64,000 nucleotides of DNA, taken from NCBI GenBank assembly GCA_963664405.1, contig OY761158.1, positions 1,632,001-1,696,000 of the forward strand, written 5' to 3'. This stretch comes from Thermoanaerobaculia bacterium. GTDB lineage: Bacteria > Acidobacteriota > Thermoanaerobaculia > Multivoradales > Multivoraceae. Numbering within the stretch: position 1 is the stretch's first letter; each line of letters opens with the position of its first letter. A model generated the notes under the pieces. The model worked only from the letters and a program-made list of their open reading frames with translations. It did not search any database and had not been told where the DNA came from. Below are positions 62,909 to 64,000 of this stretch, one piece after another. The position numbers were made by a program, and so were the translations under genes.

Positions 62909-64000
62909 GTGCGGCAAGTGATTGCGTTGATTCTGAGCGGCTCTCTGGCAGCGGCCTGCACCAGCGAGGCTCCAGCCCCCACCGACATGGAGCAGGACGC
63001 CGCGGGTCATGGCAGCGAAGCTTCGATCGTCGCGCCGCACCAGCGCAGCGCCTACTTCGGCGACCTTCATGTCCACACCCGCTATTCCTACGACGCCTTC
63101 GTCTTGGGCACCCGCGCCGGCCCGGATGAAGCGTACGACTTCGCCAAAGGAAAAGTCATCAAGGATCCCGCCGGTTTCGACATGCAGCTCGACCGGCCAC
63201 TCGACTTTCAAGCGGTTGCCGACCACGCCATTTATCTCGGAGTGTTGGTGGCGATGGGGGACCCCGACTCGCCGGCTTACAAGCACCCCTTCGCCGAGAC
63301 CCTGCGTAGGAGCGGCGAGACCCGGTCCGAACGCATGGCTACTTTTGGCGCGATCCTGAAATACGTCGGCTTCATCGAGGGCAGGGATCCCGAGATCAAG
63401 GCGTATGAGAACAAAGATGTCGTGCGCTCCGCCTGGAGCGAGATCGCGGCGTCCGCGAACCGCCACAACGACCCCGGGGTCTTCACGGCCTTCATCGCGT
63501 ATGAGTACTCCTCGGCCGGCGACGGGGCTCTTTTCGCGAACCTCCATCGCAACGTCATCTTCCGTGGCTCGAAGGTGCCGGACATCCCCTTCTCCAGGCT
63601 CGACTCTTACAACCCCGAGGACCTCTGGGCCACGATGGCCGGATGGCGCGAGGATGGCATCGAAGTTCTGGCGATCCCTCACAACATGAACGGCTCGGGT
63701 GGGCGGATGTTCGAGAAAGAGTACTTCCATGGCGGCGCCATCGACGCGGCCTATGTCGAGGCACGCTCGCGGAACGAGCCGATCGCCGAGATGACCCAGA
63801 CCAAAGGCACCTCGGAGACCCACCCCGCGCTCTCCCCCAACGACGAATGGGCCGACTTCGAGATCATGCCCTATCGGGTCTCGACCAGAATCCTCAGCGA
63901 GCCGCCGGGCGGCTATCTCCGTGACGCCTACCGCCGCGGTCTGGAGATCGAGGCCGGTGGGCTTAACAATCCCTACAAGCTCGGCCTCATCGGCTCCAGC
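62909..64000 (+). CDS. DUF3604 domain lipoprotein (runs off the window)
   Basis: Read manually: GGAGG SD, GTG 62909, LAAAC lipobox, YFGDLHVHT, VADH, NLHRN, IPHN, TQTKGTSETHP. Confidence 0.88.
   Translation, partial: MRQVIALILSGSLAAACTSEAPAPTDMEQDAAGHGSEASIVAPHQRSAYFGDLHVHTRYSYDAFVLGTRAGPDEAYDFAKGKVIKDPAGFDMQLDRPLDFQAVADHAIYLGVLVAMGDPDSPAYKHPFAETLRRSGETRSERMATFGAILKYVGFIEGRDPEIKAYENKDVVRSAWSEIAASANRHNDPGVFTAFIAYEYSSAGDGALFANLHRNVIFRGSKVPDIPFSRLDSYNPEDLWATMAGWREDGIEVLAIPHNMNGSGGRMFEKEYFHGGAIDAAYVEARSRNEPIAEMTQTKGTSETHPALSPNDEWADFEIMPYRVSTRILSEPPGGYLRDAYRRGLEIEAGGLNNPYKLGLIGSS

Overview
GC-rich bacterial accessory region. The Oar-like TonB-dependent receptors with an N-terminal carboxypeptidase-regulatory-like domain suggest an Acidobacteriota-like host (inference only). 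There are no rRNA, tRNA or CRISPR loci. The window is dominated by paralogous secreted or periplasmic families: 4 TonB-dependent receptors (TBDR; one IS-disrupted, plus a fifth fragment), 5 copies of an uncharacterised secreted 'GDSIGWWEGDTLVV...YEYACHEGNY' protein, 3 DUF3604 metallohydrolases, 3 PQQ-propeller dehydrogenases, 4 sulfatases and 2 related TetR regulators. These are interleaved with 5 type II toxin-antitoxin pairs, 2 AAA+/DUF4143 ATPases, a nested IS30/IS3 insertion and several clusters of short gene fragments. The most notable signals are: (i) tandem NrdR-box-like palindromes spaced 31 bp apart upstream of two TBDR genes whose promoters are otherwise unrelated, suggesting dNTP-responsive outer-membrane uptake; (ii) a 162-bp (54-codon) palindromic MITE inserted in frame into two different protein genes, once in each orientation; (iii) a second repeat family sitting at CTAG stop codons; (iv) a recurring TetR/TBDR/PQQ/DUF3604/'ACHEGN' module; (v) mosaics of gene 3' ends, some fused in frame. 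All family calls come from motif recognition by eye, not database searches.
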